A DNA stretch of 29,164 bases from the IMG/VR virus record IMGVR_UViG_3300037518_000370, positions 1 to 29,164 of that record, one strand, 5' to 3'. Position 1 is the stretch's first letter, and the number at the start of each line of letters is the position of its first letter. The stretch comes from a virus. Its lineage: Duplodnaviria > Caudoviricetes. The notes beneath the pieces were generated by a model. The model was not told the origin of the DNA. It worked only from the letters and a program-made list of their open reading frames with translations, and did not search any database. Below are positions 1 to 8,461 of this stretch, in pieces. Position numbers and translations under genes: made by a program.

Positions 1-123
1 AAGTGGGACGAACTCGCCATCGAACGTCATAGCGACACCATCTGCCGGAAGATCATCACCGGAACGCAATGTGCCCGTCGAAATGTGCCAGGCCTCCTCA
101 TCACTAGGAGTGCGTGGAGTCAT
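1..123 (-). CDS. Hypothetical protein, truncated at window edge (MTPRTPSDEEAWHISTGTLRSGDDLPADG...)
   Basis: ATG at 123 overlaps the TGA of the upstream ORF (ATGA). Frame stays open to base 1. Confidence 0.6.
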   Translation of the reverse strand, partial: MTPRTPSDEEAWHISTGTLRSGDDLPADGVAMTFDGEFVPL

Positions 124-284
124 CGCATACGCCTCCGCTGTGCCCGTTTTCGCCGTGCCTTCTCCGCTCGACGCTGCTTACGATTGGGATGGAGTTCGAG
201 CCATCCCGCACGTTTCGCCTCATCCATCGACTCGAACCGTTTGCCCGGACCCACCTCGGCGATTTCACCAGTGATTGGGTTCAT
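120..284 (-). CDS. Small basic hypothetical protein (NRKQRRA motif)
   Basis: Start reassigned to ATG at 284: GAGGTG Shine-Dalgarno upstream and ATGA overlap with the previous stop. Arg/Lys-rich C-terminus. Confidence 0.65.
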   Translation of the reverse strand: MNPITGEIAEVGPGKRFESMDEAKRAGWLELHPNRKQRRAEKARRKRAQRRRMR

Positions 285-685
285 AGAATACACCTCGCTC
301 CTTCCGCGTTGTTCGCTCGTACGCACGCTGTCACTTCGCCTCGTGTCAAGTCAGGGACAGACGGCGCTATCGTAGAGCACTCACGACACGCCTCTCCAGC
401 GCGAACCAGCCGGAACACTTTCCGCCGGCCCGTCAAACATTTGCTACACACCTGTGTCACCGCGCGCGCGAGGTCGAGAGTGTCGGTGCTCATGAGCGAC
501 CCCTCTACTGTTTGGTGCCAACTTTTTACAAGCTCGTCCTGTCGTGCAGCGCGCGCTGCACGCTGTTCTGCGTCCGATGAAATAGGGATCAAAACAAGGC
601 GTCGCCACTCACCCGTGGTCGAGTCCCAGACCATCATGGCACCAATCGCGACCTCACCGTTTGTAGTCAGCCAATCTGGTATCAC
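281..685 (-). CDS. Hypothetical protein with CxxC...CxxC zinc-ribbon motif
   Basis: CSKC and CREC motifs. GTG at 685 overlaps the TGA of the upstream gene; exact start is uncertain. Confidence 0.55.
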   Translation of the reverse strand: MIPDWLTTNGEVAIGAMMVWDSTTGEWRRLVLIPISSDAEQRAARAARQDELVKSWHQTVEGSLMSTDTLDLARAVTQVCSKCLTGRRKVFRLVRAGEACRECSTIAPSVPDLTRGEVTACVRANNAEGARCIL

Positions 686-939
686 TCGCAAGTCCCGGTT
701 GCCCGCACAACATCTTTCACGCTTGAGTCAGCAACCGCGCATGCCTTCAGCGCGCCGTCTTTGACATCGGCCAGCTCAGGGGTGCGGGGCATCACACTAG
801 CCCAATAGCAGAGCTGGGCCTTCGTGTCGCCGGCCACTCTGGCGTAGTCGACGGCTTGCTGCTGGTGAGCTGGGGTGCAAGCTGAACCTGGCCACAGGCA
901 AACTAGAAAGCAGAAGGCGGGTAAGATGTGTTGATTCAC
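682..939 (-). CDS. Putative lipoprotein (possible spanin-like lysis accessory)
   Basis: Hydrophobic N-terminus ending in lipobox-like GSA-C. ATGA overlap with the holin-like gene. Confidence 0.55.
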   Translation of the reverse strand: MNQHILPAFCFLVCLWPGSACTPAHQQQAVDYARVAGDTKAQLCYWASVMPRTPELADVKDGALKACAVADSSVKDVVRATGTCE

Positions 940-1163
940 TTCGTCACCTCATCTTCCTTCACGTCTTCAGCTCCGGCAATCGCGCCTTTGGCGACCTTCA
1001 GCACGCGGTCAGCCCAGCTCTGGAAACCAAAGAAGGTGACAGCGATGGCGACTATACCACCAGCGATATACTCGGCAGGTGCGCCAGTCTGTAGCAGAGC
1101 GAATATGCTCGCGCCGGCTAGTCCAAATTTCTTACTGTTGAAGTTCTGTAGTTGGTGGAACAT
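936..1163 (-). CDS. Putative holin (two TM segments, charged C-terminus)
   Basis: 75 aa; SKKF followed by two hydrophobic segments and a charged tail. Lies downstream of the tail genes. Confidence 0.55.
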   Translation of the reverse strand: MFHQLQNFNSKKFGLAGASIFALLQTGAPAEYIAGGIVAIAVTFFGFQSWADRVLKVAKGAIAGAEDVKEDEVTK

Positions 1164-1167
1164 GGAT

Positions 1168-1524
1168 TCAAACTTCCGTTGTTAGGGACATGTCTACTTC
1201 CCAAGTGGTTTGAGCCGCCGCACCGTTCTCCCACTTCAGCCGCCAATGGCGGTATGCCTCTACCGAATATTCGCGAGCGGTGGAAGTAGTAGCGCTGGCC
1301 GTGATGGCTTCTTCGCTCACCGGATACCAGGTCGCACCATCATCGGACTTCTCTTCATACAGAGTGCCATCCTCATCGTGAACGATATCCAAAACGAAGC
1401 GGGCAATGCTGTAAGTCTGTAGATGGTTTGCCGACCCATTGAAAGCGACGTAACTGCTCCACAGGACATGCTCCTCTGAGGAGCCTGGGGTGCTGCCGCT
1501 GTAACCCTGTTTGATGACACTCAT
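1168..1524 (-). CDS. Possible nested in-frame gene (118 aa, MSVIKQGYSG...)
   Basis: AT-rich AGGAAAAGAGGTAAG-ATG internal ribosome-binding site inside the fibre ORF. Confidence 0.55.
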   Translation of the reverse strand: MSVIKQGYSGSTPGSSEEHVLWSSYVAFNGSANHLQTYSIARFVLDIVHDEDGTLYEEKSDDGATWYPVSEEAITASATTSTAREYSVEAYRHWRLKWENGAAAQTTWEVDMSLTTEV

Positions 1525-3201
1525 CTTACCTCTTTTCCTATTTACTCCGACAATACTCGTCTCGCAAGACGCTAATGCAGCCCAAGCTGGCCACGTTGCG
1601 GCAATCGTAGAAGCTACGTCTATTTGCACCAAAACGCTTCCGCTACACACCAACTCAGCCCAGTCCGCCACCACCGTGCAAGGCAGAGATTCCAAGAGGC
1701 TCGCGGACCCAGCCCATTCGGACCACTCGGGTTCAGCCGATGCCGGTATGGCTTCGAGAAGAGTCGCTGCGCCAGCCCACGCCACCCAGTCCCCCTGAAC
1801 TGTGCAGGGGTTTGTCTCGAGGCAGGTGGCCAAGGCTGCCAGCTCGGGCCATGTGGCCGCAATGGCGCTTGTGATGTTTGACGTTGAAGATGCGCTAGCA
1901 TCCGCCACCCACGCCGCCCAGGCCGCTACCACCGTGCAGGGGTTCGACTCCAAGAGAGTCGTTGCGCCATCCCACTCAGCCCACGTGGCCGCGACGGTTG
2001 ATGGGATGGTCTCAAGGAGAGTCGTTGCGCCATCCCACTCAGCCCACTCAGCAACCACTGTGCAGGGGTTGGTTTCGAGAAGAGTCGCTGCCCCGGCCCA
2101 TTCAGACCACTCCGCTGCAATGGTGGCGTCTACCGGGTTGGCCACCGTAACCGAGGCGCTGCAGGCCCACTCAGCCCACTCAGCAGCCACCGTGCAAGGC
2201 AGAGACTCCAAGAGGCTCGCGGACCCTTCCAGCGTGGGCCACGTGGCCGCAATAGTCGCTTCAACATCATTGCCAGCAACGTTGACAGATGCGTCACACA
2301 CCCAGTCCGCCCACTCTCCCTGAACCTCACAAGGTATCGACTCCAAGAGGGCGGCCGAGGCTTCCAGCTCGGGCCATGTGGCCGCAATGGTGGCGTCTAC
2401 CGGGTTGGCCACCGTAACCGAGGCGCTGCACACCCACGCCGCCCAGGCCGCCACCACCGTGCATGGGTTGGTTTCGAGGCAGGCGGCTAAGGCTGCTAGC
2501 TCGGGCCACGTGGCGCCTACGGCAGATGTGACCGGGTTGGCCACCGTAACCAAGGCGGACCCTTCCAGCTCAGCCCACGTGGCCGCAATGGTCGCTTCGT
2601 TTGCGCCCCCCGACGCCGGAACGACAGAAATCCCCATCCACGCAGCGAACGATGCGGACGCAGACAACTCAGTGGACGACGATCCCGGCGTGTCCTCCTG
2701 TACTAGCGCAGCATATCCGAAATTATTGGTGAAATCGTCTAGGAGCGTCTGCCCGCTGCCACTCGGCGTGGCGTCGAAATCGGTAAATGCGTAAAGCACC
2801 CCGAACACCAGCCCGTCGGACTGTGAGTCAAGTGTCAGCGTCTGTGGCCCAGACTCCCACACGACTAAGTCAACATCGGCCTCTTCCGCGTCATCGAGAT
2901 AGACGAGGAATCCACTGGGGCCTTCTTGCACCTCGCCGGCATAGGTCAGAGACAAGGTCTTGCCGGTGCCTGGCGTTGGATTTTCAATCTTAAAAATGTC
3001 CGCAGATGAATCATTGCCGTCGACGGCAATATTGCCGGCAAACGCGGTCATCGCCTCGCCACCAAGCGAGGCAGCAGAAACACCGGTCCCCCCCGTACCC
3101 CATGAGCCGATTACCAGGTAGCAAATGTCACACGTGGGAACAGTGAGCCCCGTCGTAGTTGTCGGGCTTGTTATCTGCTCAAAGTCTACGATGCTAGGCA
3201 C
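1168..3201 (-). CDS. Trp-rich repeat virion fibre/appendage protein (~677 aa)
   Basis: Beta-rich N-domain, 16 internal repeats and a C-terminal domain. Start reassigned to GTG at 3201, which has GGGAG 7 nt upstream. Confidence 0.75.
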   Translation of the reverse strand: MPSIVDFEQITSPTTTTGLTVPTCDICYLVIGSWGTGGTGVSAASLGGEAMTAFAGNIAVDGNDSSADIFKIENPTPGTGKTLSLTYAGEVQEGPSGFLVYLDDAEEADVDLVVWESGPQTLTLDSQSDGLVFGVLYAFTDFDATPSGSGQTLLDDFTNNFGYAALVQEDTPGSSSTELSASASFAAWMGISVVPASGGANEATIAATWAELEGSALVTVANPVTSAVGATWPELAALAACLETNPCTVVAAWAAWVCSASVTVANPVDATIAATWPELEASAALLESIPCEVQGEWADWVCDASVNVAGNDVEATIAATWPTLEGSASLLESLPCTVAAEWAEWACSASVTVANPVDATIAAEWSEWAGAATLLETNPCTVVAEWAEWDGATTLLETIPSTVAATWAEWDGATTLLESNPCTVVAAWAAWVADASASSTSNITSAIAATWPELAALATCLETNPCTVQGDWVAWAGAATLLEAIPASAEPEWSEWAGSASLLESLPCTVVADWAELVCSGSVLVQIDVASTIAATWPAWAALASCETSIVGVNRKRGKMSVIKQGYSGSTPGSSEEHVLWSSYVAFNGSANHLQTYSIARFVLDIVHDEDGTLYEEKSDDGATWYPVSEEAITASATTSTAREYSVEAYRHWRLKWENGAAAQTTWEVDMSLTTEV
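1555..2601 (-). repeat. Intragenic tandem array of 16 degenerate 63-69 bp units (21-23 aa, W-x-x-[W/L] core)
   Basis: Units such as NPCTVVAEWAEWDGATTLLET. Exact DNA blocks 2117-2163 = 2384-2430 (47 bp) and 1954-1984 = 2017-2047 (31 bp). Confidence 0.95.
1744..1813 (+). repeat. 70-bp exact direct repeat, copy 1
   Basis: CGGTATGGCTTCGAGAAG...TGTGCAGGGGTTT is identical to 4174-4243. Confidence 0.97.
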
Positions 3202-3286
3202 GAGCTGACTCCCGCACGCACCCGTAGCCGCGCGCACCCAGTGCGGTCACGATACTGGTCGCGGCAGAGGCCCGCGTCCTCGCATG

Positions 3287-3688
3287 CTACGCACCTACTG
3301 GGAAGGTAATCGTCATTGACGAACAGCTAATAACAGCTGCCTCTACGATTGATAGCGTGTTCAGCTGCACCTCGCCTGAGCCCACACCTACCGAGTAGTC
3401 CTCAATCGGCGTGGTGCCATCAGACTCCCACAGTCTCGCGAAGCTGGCCGTTCCGGTCGCGTCGGCCGAGCTGTCAGATGTGATGGCGTTTGCTGTCAAG
3501 ACGCCACCCGAAGCAGAGGCGAAAGCCGTAGATCCCATGGTCAATGTCGCCAATAGGGTGTTGCCAGAAAGCGCCGTGTCGGCGTTCGTGGGCCTCGAAC
3601 CATCGTAGATGCGCAACAGTCCGCTTGTCGCATCGTCTGTTATTGTATCGAGCGCTTCATTCCTTCGCGCCACAGCTGTCCTGCTCAT
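3287..3688 (-). CDS. Small virion structural/tail-associated protein
   Basis: LRIYDGSRP..AD...LLATL..F..ASGG..ITSDSSADATGTASFARL pattern, typical of small phage structural proteins preceding fibre genes. Confidence 0.75.
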   Translation of the reverse strand: MSRTAVARRNEALDTITDDATSGLLRIYDGSRPTNADTALSGNTLLATLTMGSTAFASASGGVLTANAITSDSSADATGTASFARLWESDGTTPIEDYSVGVGSGEVQLNTLSIVEAAVISCSSMTITFPVGA

Positions 3689-4011
3689 TTGCTGACCGCC
3701 CTTCTTGCCGTCCTAGCGGCTACCCTTCGTTGTCTGTCGCGTTCCACCCAGGTCAAGGCCTCGATTGCGTCCTCCTCTGAAACACCACTGTCGATGAATG
3801 GTTGCAAAGCCGCCCGACCTTGCATAGCGGCGTTGCGCAAGAGGGCCCGAGTGTTGGACTCGCGAGAGTCTTGCTCTCGCAAAAAATCGAGGCGCAACTG
3901 GATCTCCCGCTTCTTCTTCACCAACTCCGCAATTTCTCTTGCGGCTTCACCTTCACCCCATTGAATCCTGGTCGCCTCCTCAGAAGGCTTGGTTTTGTTT
4001 ATGATGCTCAT
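3685..4011 (-). CDS. Hypothetical helical/coiled-coil protein
   Basis: GAGGT SD. ATGA overlaps with the genes on both sides. Confidence 0.7.
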   Translation of the reverse strand: MSIINKTKPSEEATRIQWGEGEAAREIAELVKKKREIQLRLDFLREQDSRESNTRALLRNAAMQGRAALQPFIDSGVSEEDAIEALTWVERDRQRRVAARTARRAVSK

Positions 4012-6662
4012 TTGACCTCTTTCTGCTGGGAGCTCTGTTTACTCGCTTCCAGGATTCGTTCCAACACCTGAACCGCCTCGAGCGTTTCCTTCGATACTGC
4101 CGGCGGCCTGATGTAGTTGCCAAACCCGATAGCCAGCGCCGACCGCCCCATCCTTTCCGGGTTTGGCATCTGACGGTATGGCTTCGAGAAGAGTCGCTGC
4201 GCCAGCCCACGCCACCCAGTCCCCCTGAACTGTGCAGGGGTTTCCACTCTGGGTACCCCGGGCCCAAGGCCGAACATATTAGCCAGGCCCTTGCTGGTCG
4301 GGTACGTCTGAATCTTAGCGCCGGGCACAGTAAACGAACTGTAGCTCGAAAGCCCACCCTTGCCCGCCTGTGCCCTCCCCAGCACTGGAGAGGCCTCCAC
4401 AACCTCAAACAGGGCGTTCAGGCCCCCTAAGTCCCGCAAGCCTTGGGTAGCCCCGGCCCGCTTCGCGAGCTCCACCAGAGCCCGATTCATGTCAGCGTCA
4501 CTGCTTGCCGACTTGAATCTCGTGAGGAGCTGTGTCCATCCCCTCAACTGGTCGGCCGGAAGATGCGGAACCATCTGCTCGGTCCCGTCGGGCATGTTGA
4601 CACCGACCGTCTTCAACCTGTCGGCCGGAAGGCCAGTCGCTTGCCGAAGGAACTCATCGGAACGCCTGGCGTTGCCGATCCTGCCACGCATCGCTGAGAG
4701 GCCAGTCACCTCTGTACCGTCTGGTAGAGAATGCTTCATTCCAGCCGGGATACCACCACCCGCCGGGAATTGATCGGAAACGGCGCGAGCGCCCTTGCTC
4801 ACTTCCTTCCAAATCTCCTGACCGTCGGCTCCCCACTTCGCCTTGTCATCGTACTGGGCTATCAACTCGTCAAGCTTGCTAGCGGTAACCTTCCTGGGGC
4901 GAACTAGGACAGGTTTTCCCATCCCTAGCAGGGCGTTCTCTTCTGGGGTTGTCCACCTAAAGCCAGGCGGCTTGATACCACTGTAAGCCTTTGCCGCTTT
5001 CTCGCTAAGCTGTTCGTAGGTTTGAGCCCACAGCTCTGCCAGCTTGGTAGCGTTTGGACCAAGGCCCGGTGCGTCCGCGCCGTTCAGCTGGGTCTTCTTT
5101 AGGGCAGATAAAAGAGAATCGCCCATTGGCTGCATCGACTGTGGTGTCACGCCAGCCGGCGATTCGTAGTAGGTGTCACGCATCGTGGTGAGCCGTGACA
5201 GTTCACGCGACTCCTTCGTGGCAGCTCGAAGCATCGGGTCTCGAATGGCCCTAGCCGCCTGTTCGGGGGGGCTCGATATTGTCGTGTCGTAAACCGAATC
5301 AGTGTTCAGCTTCTTCATCGACGGGGTCTTTTGGGGTCGCGCTAAAAACGGGATACGGCCAAGGGGACTGTTCGAGTAGGAAGCTCGCTTGCCTCCCGCC
5401 CTCGCCCCTGCCTCTTCAGCACGCAACAGCGCCGAGCCCACCTCACTGTCCTCCCGGGTGCTCTGGGCCAATCGGCTCCCAAGCTGCCCGAGTGTCAGAC
5501 TACCCCCGGCGCCGATACCGAAACCAGTGGCACCCCTGAGTAAGGTCCGCTTGAGTAGTTCCCCGGGGTCCAGTGTTTCCGGAGTTTGACCCCCAGCCAG
5601 GTCCTCAGCCCCCATTCCCACATCCTGGATTGCCCCATGGGCAGCTGTAGTGATGGCGCCTGCCGCACCAACCTGACCGGCCCGTTTCAGTGCCTGTTTC
5701 ACCCCTTGACCAGTGGCGCCTCTCCCGAGAGCCGCACCGCCCGTTAGGCCAACAGCCTTGGCGGCCGTCCCGCCAATACGGCTAGGCACACTGAACGGAG
5801 AGAGGGCGCCAGCAACGTTACCAGCTGCCCTGGCCACGGGATCGGACTCTCGAATCGCCCTACTCTCCGGGGTTACCGTCTCGTCACCAAGCTGACCAGC
5901 CACGCCGCCTACAGCTGAAGTGGCCAACCCTCCCGTAAATCCTTCGTCCACGCCCAAGGCACCCTGAAGAACTGTCTTGGCTATCTCATAACCAGCCCTT
6001 TCCTTGCCAAAGGTTTGGGACACCCTAACGATTCCATAGCCATTCTCTTTCGCCCAGTCGTAGGCCTCTTTGTACTTCAGGTCAGCGAAAATTTCATAGC
6101 CATCACGTGGCGCGTCCGCCGCCCCACCGTACGCAGCATGAAACTCCTCATCCGTAGGCTCGTAGAACACCTTCTGGTTCATGAAAGGAAGACTGATGGA
6201 CTGATGCAGCCCCGGAATGAGCTGACTCTTACTGTTGGCTTCAGCTGGCTTCAGCTCTGGAGGACGGAAGATTCTCGGGTCGTCTTGAAGTGACAAGTTT
6301 GGAATTTTAGATTCACGGTCCGCCTCGGCTGCGGCTAGCTCATCAACCCGTTGTGCCTCGGCGGGACTCATCCCGGGCGAAGACATAGGGGCTTTCGGCC
6401 TCCCTATGTCCATAGGCGCGGCATCATCCATCGCATCTAGGGCAGCCTGGTTTTTCGGCACCCTTGGCTTGCTGAGTTCCTTGTCCTGAGCCTCCGGTTC
6501 GAATTCAGAGGGTAAGGAGGCCCCCGATGTGCCCGATGCGCTCAGGTGAGGATTGGCCACCTCGAACTCACGCATCTTCTGGAAAGCCCTATTGCGAACG
6601 CTCGAATCCTTTTCGGACTTCAGCGCTTCGGCATACTGACGGTATCGCTTCTCAGTGAGCAT
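4008..6662 (-). CDS. Large internal virion/DNA ejection protein (884 aa)
   Basis: Gly/Ala-rich central hydrophobic region. Last of four coupled genes after the tail hub. Confidence 0.7.
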   Translation of the reverse strand: MLTEKRYRQYAEALKSEKDSSVRNRAFQKMREFEVANPHLSASGTSGASLPSEFEPEAQDKELSKPRVPKNQAALDAMDDAAPMDIGRPKAPMSSPGMSPAEAQRVDELAAAEADRESKIPNLSLQDDPRIFRPPELKPAEANSKSQLIPGLHQSISLPFMNQKVFYEPTDEEFHAAYGGAADAPRDGYEIFADLKYKEAYDWAKENGYGIVRVSQTFGKERAGYEIAKTVLQGALGVDEGFTGGLATSAVGGVAGQLGDETVTPESRAIRESDPVARAAGNVAGALSPFSVPSRIGGTAAKAVGLTGGAALGRGATGQGVKQALKRAGQVGAAGAITTAAHGAIQDVGMGAEDLAGGQTPETLDPGELLKRTLLRGATGFGIGAGGSLTLGQLGSRLAQSTREDSEVGSALLRAEEAGARAGGKRASYSNSPLGRIPFLARPQKTPSMKKLNTDSVYDTTISSPPEQAARAIRDPMLRAATKESRELSRLTTMRDTYYESPAGVTPQSMQPMGDSLLSALKKTQLNGADAPGLGPNATKLAELWAQTYEQLSEKAAKAYSGIKPPGFRWTTPEENALLGMGKPVLVRPRKVTASKLDELIAQYDDKAKWGADGQEIWKEVSKGARAVSDQFPAGGGIPAGMKHSLPDGTEVTGLSAMRGRIGNARRSDEFLRQATGLPADRLKTVGVNMPDGTEQMVPHLPADQLRGWTQLLTRFKSASSDADMNRALVELAKRAGATQGLRDLGGLNALFEVVEASPVLGRAQAGKGGLSSYSSFTVPGAKIQTYPTSKGLANMFGLGPGVPRVETPAQFRGTGWRGLAQRLFSKPYRQMPNPERMGRSALAIGFGNYIRPPAVSKETLEAVQVLERILEASKQSSQQKEVK
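4174..4243 (+). repeat. 70-bp exact direct repeat, copy 2
   Basis: Identical to 1744-1813; offset 2430 bp. Confidence 0.97.
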
Positions 6663-8449
6663 CAGTCTTCATCCTCTTCAAGCATGTCCTTTAGGGATGA
6701 ATCACCTTTCCCGCCTTGCTTACCCGAACCAGCGCCCTCGCCCTCGCCCTCGCCACTACCACCAATGGCAACGTTGGGCGCCCACTCCATGTACTGAGCG
6801 GCCGTATGCGGACTCACCCTGCTTAGTAAGGGGTCCCCTCCCATCAGGTTTTGCGTGTTGTTCCAGACCTCGGTCCTCACCCGACTACCAGCGGCCTTCA
6901 GCTTCAAGAGATACGCGCGAATGGAAGCAACAAAGTGTTTTGGCACCTCGCCCTGCTTCACGTAGTCGTTCAGCTTCTGCTCGTACTTAGTGAGTTCGCC
7001 TTTCGCCCCTAGAACGAAATCGCGATCCTGGTCCGTTGCCCGCGCATCTGTGATGATGTGAATTAGCTCGCCAAGAGCGGCCTTCTGACCGAAGGCATCT
7101 GACTCCAGGCCGCCGATAATCTGATTGATTTTATGGTCAGCTTCAATGAACTTCTGAATGCTGTACTTGCTACCTTGCTCCTTTGAGGTTCGGTAGATGC
7201 GGTCGTAAAGCTTGAAGTCCTCGACGCTCAGGTTATCGGTGCCCGTTTGGCCAAGCCCGCCGCTCCCAGCTACAATCCTAGCCCGCTTGTTTTTTGCTTC
7301 GATGCCTTGCAACTGAATCTGACGGGCCCGCTCTTGAGCGTAGAACTTGTGACCCATCTCGACCGCTTCGCGAGTGGTGATGTCGTGGGCGCCGAGCAAT
7401 CCCGTGGCGTATCCCGTTGCCTTTGTCGCTGCGATGTTCTCCGGTGAGCCCTCAGTGGCCCCCATAAAAAGTGACGACATGCCTCGCTCAACACGAGCCG
7501 ACAGTCGTCCCTGAACACCCTTCGGGTCAATACGGCTTAGCACTCGACCGTCTTCACCCTTGATGACAACACCTCTCTGCTCAGGCGCTGGCTGAGGCGG
7601 GGCCATTCGGCGAGAAGGTGGCGCCATGCCAAACCCTGGCGGGCGTCGCACTTTCATCTCCTGAATCCGGGGTGGCAATTGCCGACCCTCAGGCGCCACC
7701 TGGGGTGACTGAGCCGGGGGGGGCAACGCCATCCCTGGTGGCATGCGCCCAGGTGGCCTGGGGGCAGCATAGCCAGAAATCTGAAGACCTCCGGCGTTCA
7801 CCTCATCGACAACCTGATTCAGGCCCTGCTCAATGCTTTCATCTTCAGCACGCCGAACCGGATCGGTGGCGAGTGGCTGCCGCGAAGGGCTGTCAATCTT
7901 CAGCGTGCCCTCTTTGTTGATTTCGTCTACGACGCCATCAAGACCTTCGTCGATTTGCTTTTCTTCCCCTGTCAGCTCTTTAGCAGTCAGCTCTTTAGCC
8001 GCAGCAGCGTCCTCTGACGCCTGATACTGGTTCATCAAGCCATCGAGCTGGTCGCTGGACACCCCTAGGCGCCGTAGCTTGTTGACAGCCAGGTCAACCT
8101 GGTCCTGCCAGCCATTGGCTACCGCCGTCTCCAGTTGTTGCAGGGCGCCGTTTACCTCTTTACGCTTGCCCTCGTCCTTGACGAACTCAGTATCCTCACG
8201 CTGAGCGCTGAACCTGTCCCGATCTTGCTGAATGCGCATCCGGTCGCGCTCGTCCGCGTTGAGACTCCGATCTTCTTCCAGGTCCAACGAACGGCTAGCC
8301 TGGTCCTCACGAGCCATTGCCGAACGCTTTGCCTCCCGGTCTCGACCGGCCTGGGCCAGGGCATTACCTCGCCGCCCACCAGCACCCACTGGAGTGACAG
8401 GGGTAATGAGGCTCGATAGAAATCCTGATGGGATAGGCTGTACCGGCAT
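6662..8449 (-). CDS. Putative internal virion/ejection protein (595 aa)
   Basis: Charged helical segments, a Pro-rich linker and its position. TGATG coupling to the next gene. Confidence 0.65.
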   Translation of the reverse strand: MPVQPIPSGFLSSLITPVTPVGAGGRRGNALAQAGRDREAKRSAMAREDQASRSLDLEEDRSLNADERDRMRIQQDRDRFSAQREDTEFVKDEGKRKEVNGALQQLETAVANGWQDQVDLAVNKLRRLGVSSDQLDGLMNQYQASEDAAAAKELTAKELTGEEKQIDEGLDGVVDEINKEGTLKIDSPSRQPLATDPVRRAEDESIEQGLNQVVDEVNAGGLQISGYAAPRPPGRMPPGMALPPPAQSPQVAPEGRQLPPRIQEMKVRRPPGFGMAPPSRRMAPPQPAPEQRGVVIKGEDGRVLSRIDPKGVQGRLSARVERGMSSLFMGATEGSPENIAATKATGYATGLLGAHDITTREAVEMGHKFYAQERARQIQLQGIEAKNKRARIVAGSGGLGQTGTDNLSVEDFKLYDRIYRTSKEQGSKYSIQKFIEADHKINQIIGGLESDAFGQKAALGELIHIITDARATDQDRDFVLGAKGELTKYEQKLNDYVKQGEVPKHFVASIRAYLLKLKAAGSRVRTEVWNNTQNLMGGDPLLSRVSPHTAAQYMEWAPNVAIGGSGEGEGEGAGSGKQGGKGDSSLKDMLEEDED

Positions 8450-8461
8450 CCGTTTAACCCA

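Noticed and set aside
1555-2601. CRISPR array
   Set aside because: Units are degenerate, codon-phased and inside an ORF, with no constant repeat plus unique spacer pattern.
1744-4243. Diversity-generating retroelement TR/VR pair
   Set aside because: The copies are identical with no adenine-specific mismatches, and no reverse transcriptase is present in the window.
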